This document shows positions 1 to 12,753 of a stretch of DNA of 64,000 nucleotides, in pieces. Below the pieces are notes generated by a model, which was not told the origin of the DNA, made no database searches, and worked only from the letters and a program-made list of their open reading frames with translations. This DNA is from Balanoglossus misakiensis (taxonomy: Eukaryota; Animalia; Hemichordata). The DNA lies in the NCBI GenBank assembly GCA_040954595.2, contig CM082594.2, forward strand, positions 5,441,319-5,505,318, given 5' to 3'. The first letter of the stretch is position 1; each line of letters starts with the position of its first letter. The position numbers were made by a program, and so were the translations under genes.

Positions 1-1764
1 CCTAAATCTCTAGAACATTATTTAACTCAAGTTTGAAAGTTGTAATAAATTCTTAGCTTTGATGAGTTTTTGCCTGGCATTTGTCCATGCATGCTGAAGT
101 ACACCATCTGATAAAGAGAATCACGATTGTGTTTGAAGAAGATTGTATGGTAAATTCTAATATTATACACGAGCCATCGTTGTAACCGATACTATGTCAG
201 GAAGGGGAAAAACGACACGAAGACACAGGCGGGGATTATTCGGATTTCCTGCCCGGATTTTAGTGGCTTCGGCGTCGTTTTAATTTGTCAAGTGGATGAC
301 TGTTGCATGAAAACTTCCGCCGTGCTAACGAGAGTTCCTCATCACCTGCCCCGGCAGTTTTGCATCTTGTCAACTGTCAATCTAGGCCTAAACACACGCA
401 CGCACGGCATTCCCGTTTGACCAACAGCAATGTTGACCCTGTCTTTAACACAAACCGAGGCTGCTCAAGTCCAGGGAGATTCCACTGGTTTCTAAGGAAA
501 GACATCTTTAGCGTCTCTTCATGCTGTGCTAAATTCTAAACCCAGTACTACAGGGAGGGTTGCATCTGCATAGTCGATGCGGGATTTCCCCCGAGGTTCC
601 ATCATTACACGTGGGTTTACTTAAACACAAAAAGTCACGGGTCATTCATTCCGTCGTCTCTCGCTCACAGAAGCTCTGGAATTACGGATAATCGTCTTGT
701 CGGGCGCTGAGCATCTCAGTGTTTGAATATCGCAGTCAAGGGAGTAAGTCGAAGATTTAATTATAGGAGACGCCTCGGCATGTTACCGGTTGTTAGAGTG
801 TTTGGCGCGGTGTACTCACTTTGATTTACACGCGCTGCGCGTCTCCGTGAATGCAAATGGTCTTGTTTGATGGCTTAGCTGAAATCGATTGCTCCACCTG
901 CTACCAACGCGGAAATTGCTGCCCACGAAACAGTTTCACTTTAATGGTCATCTTTCAATGTTGACACAGGTATTGTGATCCTATGTGTTATGTAATTGGT
1001 CCTGGTTAAATAATTAATGCTCACTCTTCATACAATTATGAATTAAATTATTCAAATAACTTGTAGAACTACATTTATCCATGCAGAGGGCTAGCAAAAA
1101 TTGATTCCAGAACTGTGGCATAGTTTTTTTCTAATTTGAATGATTTTAACGTATAATACTTCCACATCTACAACATAGTAGGCAAAGATAACAGAACGAC
1201 ATGCTTCGCACATTTAAACATCCTATAATTTAACCATTAATCGAGTTACTTGGAGTCGTTTAACTTTCACACGTTTGGGAAGCCAGTTCAGGCTTACAAG
1301 TCTGTCCCAGAAGACACATTAATTAATTGAAGTGTGCGCACATTAAGGTAAATAACGAACGTTAATCTGTGATCATTAAAACAATACAAACAGACGGCTG
1401 GACAGACAGGAAACTGAATTTTGTGTTGTTCTGTGTTCTGTTTTGTAGAATCGTGGACAAAGGGCTAGCATGGCGAGGAGAACAAACACAAAAAAACATG
1501 CCAACGTCACGTTTTGACTTTCAATAAACGGGGTTCAAAGGTTGATTGGTAGTAACAACATGATCGATATACAAAGGGTACAAATCTAGAAGTAATTAAC
1601 TCGGTGACACTATGTTTAGATTAACAAAATAAAAATAATAAAGTAATGAAACTATATTCAAATTGAATGTGGCATTTTATTGCGCCATTACTTGAATCAA
1701 GGCATATGGTGAGAAACGCTTACGAATACAAAGTTTAGACATTCAGTTTAGAAAGCAGTTAACC

Positions 1765-1934
1765 TAGCCCGGAGACCAGGGCGTAGGGTGTCAACATTTG
1801 ATAGATCACTCGTTATCCATTCGTTACTAAGCGACCCTGATCGTTGCCAGGGCTACTATCTTTCAGCTCATCGGGACATTACTCGACTGTCCCCGGGCGT
1901 TGTATTCTAGATCGACGCCCTGGTCTCCGGGCTA
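1765..1934. mobile_element. ~170-bp MITE-like element with perfect 20-bp terminal inverted repeats
   Basis: TAGCCCGGAGACCAGGGCGT (1765-1784) and its exact reverse complement ACGCCCTGGTCTCCGGGCTA (1915-1934); TA at both ends. Confidence 0.7.
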
Positions 1935-4444
1935 CAGTTAGCCCCTTTTCATGTATAGTTCCACCAGCTTTGCGTTTTGTGTGCGTTTGGGGGGGGGGGG
2001 TTCAAACGTATGATTTTATTTCACGCGAATAGTCTGTATTTACTCTGTGGTAACGACCGACGTTAACGAATGGTATTGGCTATTTCCTCGCGGACAATAA
2101 ATTTCAATCTAGCACAGGTAACGATGTGAGATTTTCGATCAATTTAATTCGGTGCTAAATTTTCCTGTGGCCTTGCAGTGCTTCACCTAACCTGGACACC
2201 TGATAAGGCTGTATCCTAAACCAGCCTGTATACTGTTTCATACGGTGCAATTTTCACTACATTGACATGCTTTTATTGTAGCCCGTCTCATCAGGCCGTG
2301 ACGATACTGTCTTCCTATAGCTGACTGTGCCACCGGTTCGGGTAAAGCTTGAGCGGGGTCTTATTGCTGTCATCTTCACCTGATTCCTGGTCAGTGTGTG
2401 TAAAATATGACTTTTGAAAATATTGTATTCAGCTCAGTTCAAATCAGCTTACAATAAGTCATCTGCGATATAGCAGAAAGGAAATATAATCAGCGCACTC
2501 GTAATTATTTGATGTCAACGTCACTTGAATTTTGGGACAACTGTCTTGTACTGCAGCAGAAACTAGCAGACCGTGTACAATTGAGTTATATTTGCGATTG
2601 TTGCGACTAAAATTAAGTAAACACTAATCTCGACTGGAGAAGTTGGCAAATAAACGGCGAAGATTCCAATTTATTTCCAATTATCTCGAAAAGAACACAT
2701 CTCAATGGTAGGGTGCTGCATTGAAATGTATCTGTACTCTTTTGTCACGCAAATTCAGAAATCAATACTTCCTCCTATTAAAAAGACAAAAATATTCCGT
2801 CATATTTGGCGATGCCCCTGATGGGAAATTCGCTTTAGTTTACACAGCGATGACTATACAGTAGGGCGACTATTTAGACCACTTTATTAAAAATTTCGGA
2901 GTATGACATCACCGAAAACGTTTTCATTAACTTACATTTAGTATCTGTTCATTGTAAGTCATTTAATGACTCTGTTTTTCATTTTCTTGTTATATCTAAT
3001 TTGTAACGTTCAAGTTGAGGTTGTACGATGATCCATGTCTCGGCACAAGATCTCGCGTGAAGAGCGTGAATCAAGTATCCGCAGATTGTCATAACACACA
3101 AATGAATGGCCCTAATGATACGAATCAACATACTGCGTTGGATATTACCTTGTAACATATTTCATCTCCATTGGGACGCAAAATTTTAATTACCGTTCTA
3201 CAAATCAAACAGAGACATTAATAGCCCACGGTAAATTGATTCTGGTGTAGTTTTCAATGAAAGTGGGCGATTTAATTACGTTTTTTCACAAATCGCGTGA
3301 GCCAAGTCAGAATTTGTATGAAATAATAATAAAAAGAACATAGCAGGTGTTACACCACACAGCTGTGACTTATTAAGTTTTTTTTGTTTCAAATACCGAT
3401 TGGCGTAATTCTATGATTATCCCTTGATTTAGAATATGGCAAGTGTCATATACTCCTGGTGGTTTGTTACACACTGAAGATACATTCTCCTAAATTTTAT
3501 AGGGAAATCGTGAATTTCTATTTCGAAATATTTTATCACCCGAGTAGAGTCTCGTTTTCAGTGTCATATTGTCATGTCTGAGTTTTATTACCAGTGAAAT
3601 AAAAAATACCCGCGAAATTGTTGTACTAAAAAGGAACTCTGGCTAGGTAATAAAAGGTGGTTTTCGAGTGTTTCCAATGTGGAACTCGCGCGCCGGTGCG
3701 TTGTTATTTGTGATATAATTATCAGGTACACATATACGGAGATGTTCGTTGCAGACGAAATCACTGAGACATGCTGGATACCTATCCAGAATGATGCCAT
3801 AAGGAAAGCATGTCTTGGCTTATAGACACACTGTTCACGATTCGAAACAGACATGCAGTGAGCGAAAATTAAAAAAATGTAAAATGAGGGTAATTTGTCT
3901 TTTTAGGCCACCAGTTGTCAAAACTCGTGCAAATTGTGTCAACACGTGATGAGCAGCGATATTTTAACGTGGTATACCACAAGAGACCAATTACTTCGCT
4001 GTCTATATTTGTACAGCATCCTGATCAACCGACATCAGTCAGTGCTGGGTAAAATGAAACCTCAACTTTATTTCAAGATAGTCAAATATATGACTCGTGT
4101 TCGGATCAACCACTGCCAAAGCATGACGATTTCAAATATTGACTTCCGTGAGCGTACATTTCCCAGTCATGTCTCCGATTCCATAATGCCATCGTTGTAA
4201 AAACTCCCGGGACCAAAGCCGGTTTTCGCTCGTCAGAAAAACACGCCCGAGTCAATTCCCAGCCGTACGGCGTGCAGAGGCGGATCGCCTTAACCTGTCA
4301 GTTTCAATCGATGGCGTTCCGATCGCATGGACTTCACGCACATATCGGCCATGTTTGCACGTTTGATTGTACGGAGTGATAAATGGGAAAGTGTCGCGTG
4401 TTTGAAAGTGTGGAGAAAACGAGGCAACGAAACACAGGTGGATT

Positions 4445-5270
4445 GAGCTTTGATATGCTAAATACCTATTCATTCTATTGGTTAGTCGCTATATTAGCAT
4501 TTGAATTCCCCCACTAACGCCACATACCTGAAGCTTTAATATGCTAAATACCTACGGCTACTCGATGGAATAGTAATGGATTCATTCTATTGGTTAGTCG
4601 CTATATTAGCATTTGAATTCCCCCACTAACGCCACATACCTGAAGCTTTAATATGCTAAACACCTACGGTTACTCGATGGAATTCATTCTATTGGTTAGT
4701 CGCTATATTAGCATTTGAGTTCCCCCACTAACGCCACATACCTGAAGCTTTAATATGCTAAATACCTACGGTTACTCGATGGAATTCATTCTATTGGTTA
4801 GTCGCTATATTAGCATTTGAGTTCCCCCACTAACGCCACATACCTGAAGCTTTAATATGCTAAATACCTACGGTTACTCGATGGAATTCATTCTATTGGT
4901 TAGTCGCTATATTAGCATTTGAATTCCCCCACTAACGCCACATACCTGAAGCTTTAATATGCTAAACACCTACGGTTACTCGATGGAATTCATTCTATTG
5001 GTTAGTCGCTATATTAGCATTTGAATTCCCCCACTAACGCCACATACCTGAAGCTTTAATATGCTAAACACCTACTTCTACTAGATGGAATAGTAATGGC
5101 TTCATTCTATTGGATGGTCGCTATATTAGCATTTGAATTCCCCCACTAACGCCACATACCTGAAGCTTTAATATGCTAAATACCTACCGCTACTCGATGG
5201 AATAGTAATGGCTTCATTCTATTGGTTTGTCGCTCTATAAGAATTTGAGTTCCCCCAATCACGCAACATA
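4445..5270. repeat. Minisatellite, ~8 copies of a 102/112-bp unit
   Basis: The anchor ttcattctattgg recurs at 4469, 4581, 4683, 4785, 4887, 4989, 5101 and 5213 (periods 112,102,102,102,102,112,112). Long units carry an extra 10 bp (tagtaatgga/c). Confidence 0.97.
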
Positions 5271-6501
5271 TCGATTTCAGTGCCGTCCACTATCTTAGTA
5301 GTTTTTGGAGAGCGCCGGTTATTTTATGACACACTCCAAGTTATATTTACATCAGTGTTTAGGGGGTGCCCTTCACCTGTCAGCAAATTTAGCCTTGTAT
5401 AAGGGTACATGCTTCCAGAGCATTTTCCTTTCACTTTAAAGGTTTTTTTTTCTGTTTTTTCCTGGGCGGCTATATGCTATTCATATTAGTGTAAGATACC
5501 GTTTTTTTCATTATTGTAAGTGTCACTGCCAATTGGCGAATCATCAGACTGTGTATATCTATTTACTTTTTGTTATAAAGGCGGTATTAAATACACGCGG
5601 GCGGCTGGTACTGGAACACCGCTCCCTCCATATACTAGTATACATGTGTGTATGCGCGTGTCTTTTGCAGTGTGCAGTGCTATAGACTAGCATTCGAGTA
5701 ATCGGCCAAAATCAACGCACAGGTGCAATATGTTGATTCACATAGGCAGCTTCACAGAAGGGTTATTCGAAATGACAATCAGGTCACCGTGTCATATTAC
5801 CCTTACCGATTTATTTGTCTCAGTTCGTCTAATTATGCGCCTCACTTACGCCATAAGACAAGGATCAGACTAATGAGTCCACCCCACATCCGATTTTAAT
5901 CCAATTGGGATTAAAATGACGAGTACTTATACTATACCGTTTGAATTTACTATCAGGAAAACTATATACAACGTGCACAAGCTCCTCACGTGATTATAGT
6001 TTTTGTCCAAAGAAAGAGTCCAGTGGTTATCATAGAGACTATAGTGCTTTCTTTTAATCGGTAACTGTCATCGAGAGAAAGTGCAGGCTTCGACAACGAG
6101 TACATTGCACGTGACGCTAATATATAATTTAATATCATTCTGATTTCTTCTTTTTTTTCCACAGGACTTGGCAGGTCGCAGTTTCGGGTCAGTGCTCCAA
6201 ATTTCAGAAGTTCTGAAGACCCGCGCTGCGCGTTCATCTACGGCTGTACACGTCGCGATTTCTGAAAACCTTTTAAAGTTTATACACAGGAGGGAAAGAT
6301 GGGCTTGCTGGCACGGGCGGTCAGATAATGCATCCTGACAGAAACTAAACCGCCGGAAACTTGGCATGAATTTTTAATCCCGGCAAGCTCTGTTGAACTT
6401 TGCCAATAGTTGCTGTCGATCTCTTCCCGTGCTGCAGCTGTGCCACTAGAGGAAAGGTTCCCAGTCGCGAGTCTTCAGTTCAGGAGAGAGGGAAATTAAC
6501 G

Positions 6502-8240
6502 ATGGATACCTTCCGCGGGATAGCGTCATACTCGCGGGCCTACTGGAACAAGCTATGGAAGTCGAAGGAGAGAGACGAGGACCGGATCCCAATCGCCGGG
6601 GAGAGCGGCTCGATGTTCGACAACAGCGTGCGCAAGACCCGCCTCCAGATGATCGTGCTCAGTTCGGCTGTTTGCGGGATCGAGTTCTGCTACGCCGCCG
6701 AGACGGCCTACGTGAGCCCCATCTTGCTGAAAATCGGCGTACCTGAACAGTACATGACCCTGATATGGTGCCTGAGTCCGCTCCTGGGATTCTTCCTGAT
6801 GCCCTTCCTCGGATCCGGCAGCGACAGATGCCAGTCCCGCCTCGGGCGCAGACGACCCTTCATACTACTCCTCTCGGCGGGTATTATGATCGGTCTGATA
6901 TTCGTACCCAACGGAAAAGACATAGGTCTAATGCTTGGAGACTCGGGCGACCCGCGAATCGTCAACGGACGCTCCGACGGCGACCAGAATATGACGACTG
7001 TGAACATGACGACTTCTGAAGCTGCGGTAACCTTGGCAACTGTCGAGGGGACGATTGAAACGCAGACTTACATCTTCACAGAGACTACAGGTTTTAATCT
7101 CAGTATTTCTGCTAATGACAGCGTGATCTACGACGACGGCGGCGGAGAAGACGAGTATGATTACAGCTACTGGGATTACCTCATGGAGCACCACCTCTTA
7201 GCGGGACACCACGTACGAGGAATCATCATCACGGTGATGGGCGCCGTGCTCTTGGACTTCAGCGCCGATGCCTGCCAGGCGCCGTGCCGGGCGTACCTGC
7301 TGGACGTCTCCGTGGCCGAAGACCACGCCAGGGGCCTGGCCACGTTCACCATGATGGCCGGTTTCGGCGGCGCTCTGGGCTACGGCATGGGCGGCATCAA
7401 CTGGACCAACACGTCCATCGGTCGCGCGCTGGGCGGGCAGGTGCGCGTGGTCTTCACGTTCGTCCTTCTGATCTACGCCTTCGCGGCGACCTTGACGGTG
7501 ACGAGCAACAAGGAGACCCCGCTGTACGAACTGGAAGGGCGGAAGCCCAAGAAACACACGAAGATGACGAAGTACAGACAAGTGAGCGAAGACAGCGAAG
7601 GGAGGGACGTGTACGAAAACCAGCACACGTACGGAACGGGCATACACGGCGGCACAGGCGGAAAATCCGACTCGATGGAAGCCCTGGAGCGACTCGGGGC
7701 GTACCAAGCGGTCAACGGCAAGGGGCATCCCGTGGACTCTATCCCCATGGAGACACTGGCGAAAAAGACGCCAGATTCGCAGTCAACGATTGCCGATGAA
7801 GCGTTCGAGGATGAACCACTCCCCCCGATTTCGATGAAGACTTACCTGAAGTCAATTATCTATATGCCTTACTCTCTCCGCATTCTCTGCCTAACAAATT
7901 TGTTCTGTTGGATGTCTCTTGTCTGCTATTCGCTTTATTTTACAGATTTCGTTGGTCAGTCAGTGTACGGTGGCGATCCCCACGCACCGCATGGTTCTGT
8001 AGAACATCACGCCTACGAACGTGGCGTGCGAATGGGATGCTGGGGTATGGCCGTGTATTCGCTATCTTGCTGCATGTACTGTGGTTTCATAGAAAAACTT
8101 GTCGCTAAAATAGGTGAGTGACTTTCAAATCGCAATTTCAGGGTCAACGATTAGAGACCTTCATCACCTGCAGACTAGGGATCTCTGCTGCTTAGATGGA
8201 CAGGCAGGCAGGCAGACAGACAGACAGACAGACAGACAAA

Positions 8241-8303
<63 letters not shown>

Positions 8304-10918
8304 CACGAACGAAAGAAAGAAAGAATGCACGAAAGAAAGAAAGAAAGAAAGAATGAAAGAAAGAAATTATACGTACTATCAAATACGTTAGGTCACCCCC
8401 GAAGTCTGAAAAGTGTTGTACGCCTTCAACAATACAGACAACCGACAGAGATCAGAAACGTTTATTTCGTTTGATTTAACTTCGGGGCCTCGGAAATGCC
8501 AAGGGAAAAGCCCAACGCGCAATCGATGAAGTCAAGAAGCGAAAATAGACCGTCGTTGAATAGCCAAAGATGTCGGTTCACTCAGCTATGTGCCTCGCTC
8601 ACAAGCACCTGAATTGCGATTCGTACTTTCTGATGAACCTACGTGTATGTTGCCGTGGTAACCATCTGCAGGGGATGTATTTTTAAATCTCCGTAGCACA
8701 GCCGCGCATATCAATGTTGCGAGATGACAATCTCATGGGCGTTGTGGCATGTTTTATTTGTATAAGTTGGAGTGTTCGGATCTGCGTTTGTATACGGATC
8801 GGAATCCGAGCTGCGATCCCGCATGAAGTTATGTCATTTCTTTCGCCCGCACCGCTCCGCCCTTGGGAATCGTCTTGTTTGACGGGATAACGGGACTTCA
8901 CAATCAGCACGCGATGGATGAGGTTTTAGGGTCGACCGATCTGTCTCAGAAATTTAATTAAAACGGTGAAGGTCAAAATCGTTCACGAAATAGAGACTAT
9001 AACGAGGAAGGTTGTCAACTGATTATGGGATAAACTAGAAAACGAAAGAGATGCGAAAAGGAATATACATGTAGTCAGTGTTAAATATTGTAGTCTTCAC
9101 ACGTATCCAGTGTTTTGTCGCTCGCAATTTATATGTTACACTTGCTGTGTCCAATCTAATTTTATTACCGTATAACATATTTTGAATTCCCAATTAATTT
9201 CAAATCACTGAGGTTTTACCTGCCTGAGAAATTTTCTTCAGTTGTCGTGAGCATCGCTTGTCGGCTCAATATGAAATTTTATTTATTTACTAATTTATTT
9301 ATTTATATATTGTTATGGAAACGTAATTATCTTCTTATTTTGATTTTTTTTTTCATATTTCAGGAGCCAAGCCTGTGTACATCGCTAACATCCTTACCTA
9401 CACGGTCGGTATGGCTATTCTAGCACTCGCACGCACCCCCGCCGCTGTCATCATCCTCTCCTTTACGTCCGGAATCATGTATGCCACTATTTTCACGATG
9501 CCGTTCCTGATTCTAGCCCACTATCACTCCAGTGACACGGTGAGTTTGGCGTGTTCCATCTTGGCAAAAATGGTCTGTTTTTGGTTGAAGGGTTCAGAAA
9601 AACATTATACTTTTTTTATTTGGGTATTCCTAAGAAATCAGGGTCCAAGTTGTAAAATGATTTCAAAACAGAATTCGAACAGGCTTAATGGAGATATTGA
9701 TAATAGCGCAAATTCGGAACTGTTTTATTCATGTGGTCAAGATTTATCGTGTGATGTATTTTGTCTGTTTGCTTGTGTTTTATTTCCACAGATTATTACT
9801 GCAGCGTTTTATAGTACCAAACAAGATCAAATTCTTGTAGGTATTCAAGAAGCGCGCAATTTAGAGTAATGCGCTGTTTTTTTCCAATACAACCATTTGC
9901 ACATTTGGAACTCAAAACACCGCTGATAAAAATGCACTGGCCGAATAAAAGACTCTTTTTATCAGGCAATCTGTTCCAAATGTCAATATGTTTGTGACTT
10001 CCAGCAATGCATTTGTTCTATTCCCAACCCACTCAAAATATAAGCTTCTAAGAAAACGACTGGCGCGCTCTTGTAAAGTCTTTTTCTTGGGTTGTAAGTT
10101 AAGGTTACCGTTTCTTTTGCACAGTGCACTTTGCGTAAATGTTAAACTAGTTTGCATCGAATATTAAATGTATTTCCGATAATATAAAACAAAGTTAAAG
10201 TAAGGAGTCTGTAAGCAACGCTCCCGTATGCTTCCCGGGGTCCTAATGGGTTTTTTTTGGTTAGATTTTGTAAACATCGTATAAGTGCAATGTCTTTATC
10301 ATCGAAAAATCGGTCAAACTCGCAGTTTGTATGATAAAACTATAGACAATTACTTCAGTATACGGAACAAAAATGATAAAATGGAGTCAAATATTGCGAT
10401 TTTATAGTTATGTAGAAGACCCTGCAGGTAAGTTTTGTCATAGATACTCGAAAGTTGTAACCATGGTTGCTGTGAAAGAAAACAGATTGGCACACCCTGG
10501 TAACCAGGCAACTAGAACATCAGCGTTGTTGTGTGCGGTCGGAGATACATTCCCCCAGGAAAAAATGTTGGCTTGTGTTCGATGGTATAATATATACAGG
10601 GAAGTAAGGTTTTATCGCCATGATTCTGAATAGAAAATTATCACAAACAAATAACTAATAACTCGAATTTCCCCTCTTCTTTTTCAGTTTGAAAAAGTAC
10701 ACGATGGAGAGAACAAACGCCATCACCAAGTCCGTGGTCTGGGCACAGACATCGCCATGGTGCAGAGTATGGTATTCTTGGCTCAGTTCTTGCTCTCCAG
10801 TTGCATGGGGGCTGTAGTCCACGCTGTGGACAGCACAGTGGCCGTTGTCGTCAGCGCTTCATTTTTCAGCTTTCTGGGTTCGATAGCCGCCACGCAGGTG
10901 GTATATCTTGATCTATGA
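6502..10918 (+). CDS. SLC45-family proton/sugar-type MFS transporter (Drosophila lovit / vertebrate SLC45A1-4-like), 3 coding exons
   Basis: Exons 6502-8113, 9364-9539, 10688-10918 join in frame with GT-AG boundaries. SLC45 motifs: GIEFCYAAETAYVSPILL, SDRCQSRLGRRRPFILLL, LLDFSADACQAPCRAYLLD, LYFTDFVGQSVYGGDP, RGLGTDIAMVQSMVFLAQ. A 5'UTR acceptor (ttttttttccacag) ends at 6164. Confidence 0.92.
8200..8366. repeat. Compound microsatellite (CAGG)n(CAGA)n(GAAA)n in SLC45 intron
   Basis: Direct tetranucleotide runs; they explain the spurious RKKE/FFLS ORFs. Confidence 0.97.
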
Positions 10919-12753
10919 TGCGCGGATGGAACGAGAGAGTGTGACTGGTGCGCAGAGGAACGAGAAAATGTGACTGCTATCCAATGTCCGCACATATATA
11001 ACAACCTGATGATCCTAAAACCAAGAATTTAACATTCCAATATTTTGCTGCTTGATTTAACGAACCAAATGAGAGAAAAAATAAGCGCACAATATTGTGA
11101 AGCTGGACGGGGGTCAAAGTTATACACTTGAACCCGTTTTGTGTTATTCTTTGTCAATAATTTTCTGTAATATTGCCTGTGAAACATTTCACTTGGTCGA
11201 GTCTTCGCCAATGGTTCGTCAGCAAATAAGGTTTCGCAAAACACTTGTTATTGTCAAGCGCCACCGGTCCATATAAACGTGTTGCAAGAGTGAAAAAATG
11301 ATGTCACAAGAATCGTCTTTACAAACTGATATTTTCAGTGTTGAAAAATGTAGGAATGTACATTTTGTAGTTGAAGCAATAACAAATTTTAATCAATCTT
11401 ACATGTAAATAGATTCATGGGTGTCCATGTTTGTTTGAGGGTTAAAGGGACAACGTGACCATCTTTTGACAGTTTTTTGGTGTTGAGGCAGGAAGTTATT
11501 ACATCTCTGTTACTGGATCCTAGTGAATCATCAGTGCCATACTGTACCATGCATACTATTGTCAGAAGCTGGTGACAGTGTTCCTTTGATTTCCTCGACT
11601 TCTGAGTCTGGTTCAAATCGTGTCTTCCCAAGTAACATATGTGTGTGCGTGTGTGTGTGGTTTAATGTGATAAAGTGATGGAATAGTTTGGAAATACGCC
11701 TGTAATGTCATATCACTTTGGTGATTATTGTTTAATGTAGAAAGATAAATATGGCATGATGGCGGCCATTTTGCCTAGACAACACAAATCTGGCGGCCAT
11801 CTTGATTTGATGACACGAGCATGGATATTTACATTGATGTGTTGCTCTCCTACAGGGTGTTTTAATGCATATGATAGATGATTTCAAGAAATGGATATTA
11901 AACTTTAATTTAATGTTGTGACTAATGGGCAGGTGTATTTATTTGTGAGTGATATTGTGGTAGGTAAAGGTCCAGATGTATGTATGTATGAATGTGTGTG
12001 TGTATAAAAGTATATACGCCATCACAAGGGACTTCTTTATCAAAAATTGTGTGAAGTACATTGTATAGCACTAATGTAATGAGCAGGATAGACGATTCAT
12101 AAAATCTCAGAAAATACAGTGTTTTATTCTTGAAAAAAGATATCAAAATTGACAAGTACAATGAAAAGTAGAAAACAAGGCATTTCAGTGGTGAAACACA
12201 GAAACATGAAAAGTCTGTCAAAAACAAGCAGGAAAGGTGAATTTATCATTATGGATACAAGATGACATATAACGCTAAAACTTGACAAACAGCAGAATGT
12301 TTTGACAAAAACAAGAATTTTTGAATTGATCTACTGCTCCTATTGCACAATGATAATTACAGTGACATTCTAGGCTGTTTTGTTTTCTCAAATGAAACAC
12401 AATGAAGATTTGAAGTGAGTTACATCAAGTTTTGCCATAAAACAGTTTCAGATAGTGAAAAGTTCATACAATCATTCATGATGATTGGTATGTATAAATC
12501 TGCTGACAAGCTTTGTAGAGAAAATCTAAATCCAAGATGGCAGCCACCATAACGCTGTTTTCATGGCAACTAAATCCAATATGGCTGCCGCCATTCTTCA
12601 AAGATTGGCCATTCCAGGGAGCCAGTACTGACAGGATTATTCAATTTTAGTACATGGGGAGGACAGGGTCAAAGGTTGCAGTCTGGACGAATGAGTACAT
12701 CTGTAATACAGCACCAATTATGACAGCAGAGAATTTTTGCACTTGTCTCCTGG

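Noticed and set aside
4445-5270. CRISPR-like array
   Set aside because: Whole units repeat with no unique spacers, there are no cas genes, and the context is eukaryotic.
7198-7799. Long overlapping and antisense ORFs within SLC45 exon
   Set aside because: Expected shadows of GC-rich codon usage with no recognisable protein features.
8114-8474. RKKE-repeat and FFLS-repeat ORFs
   Set aside because: Translations of the (GAAA)n microsatellite in an intron.
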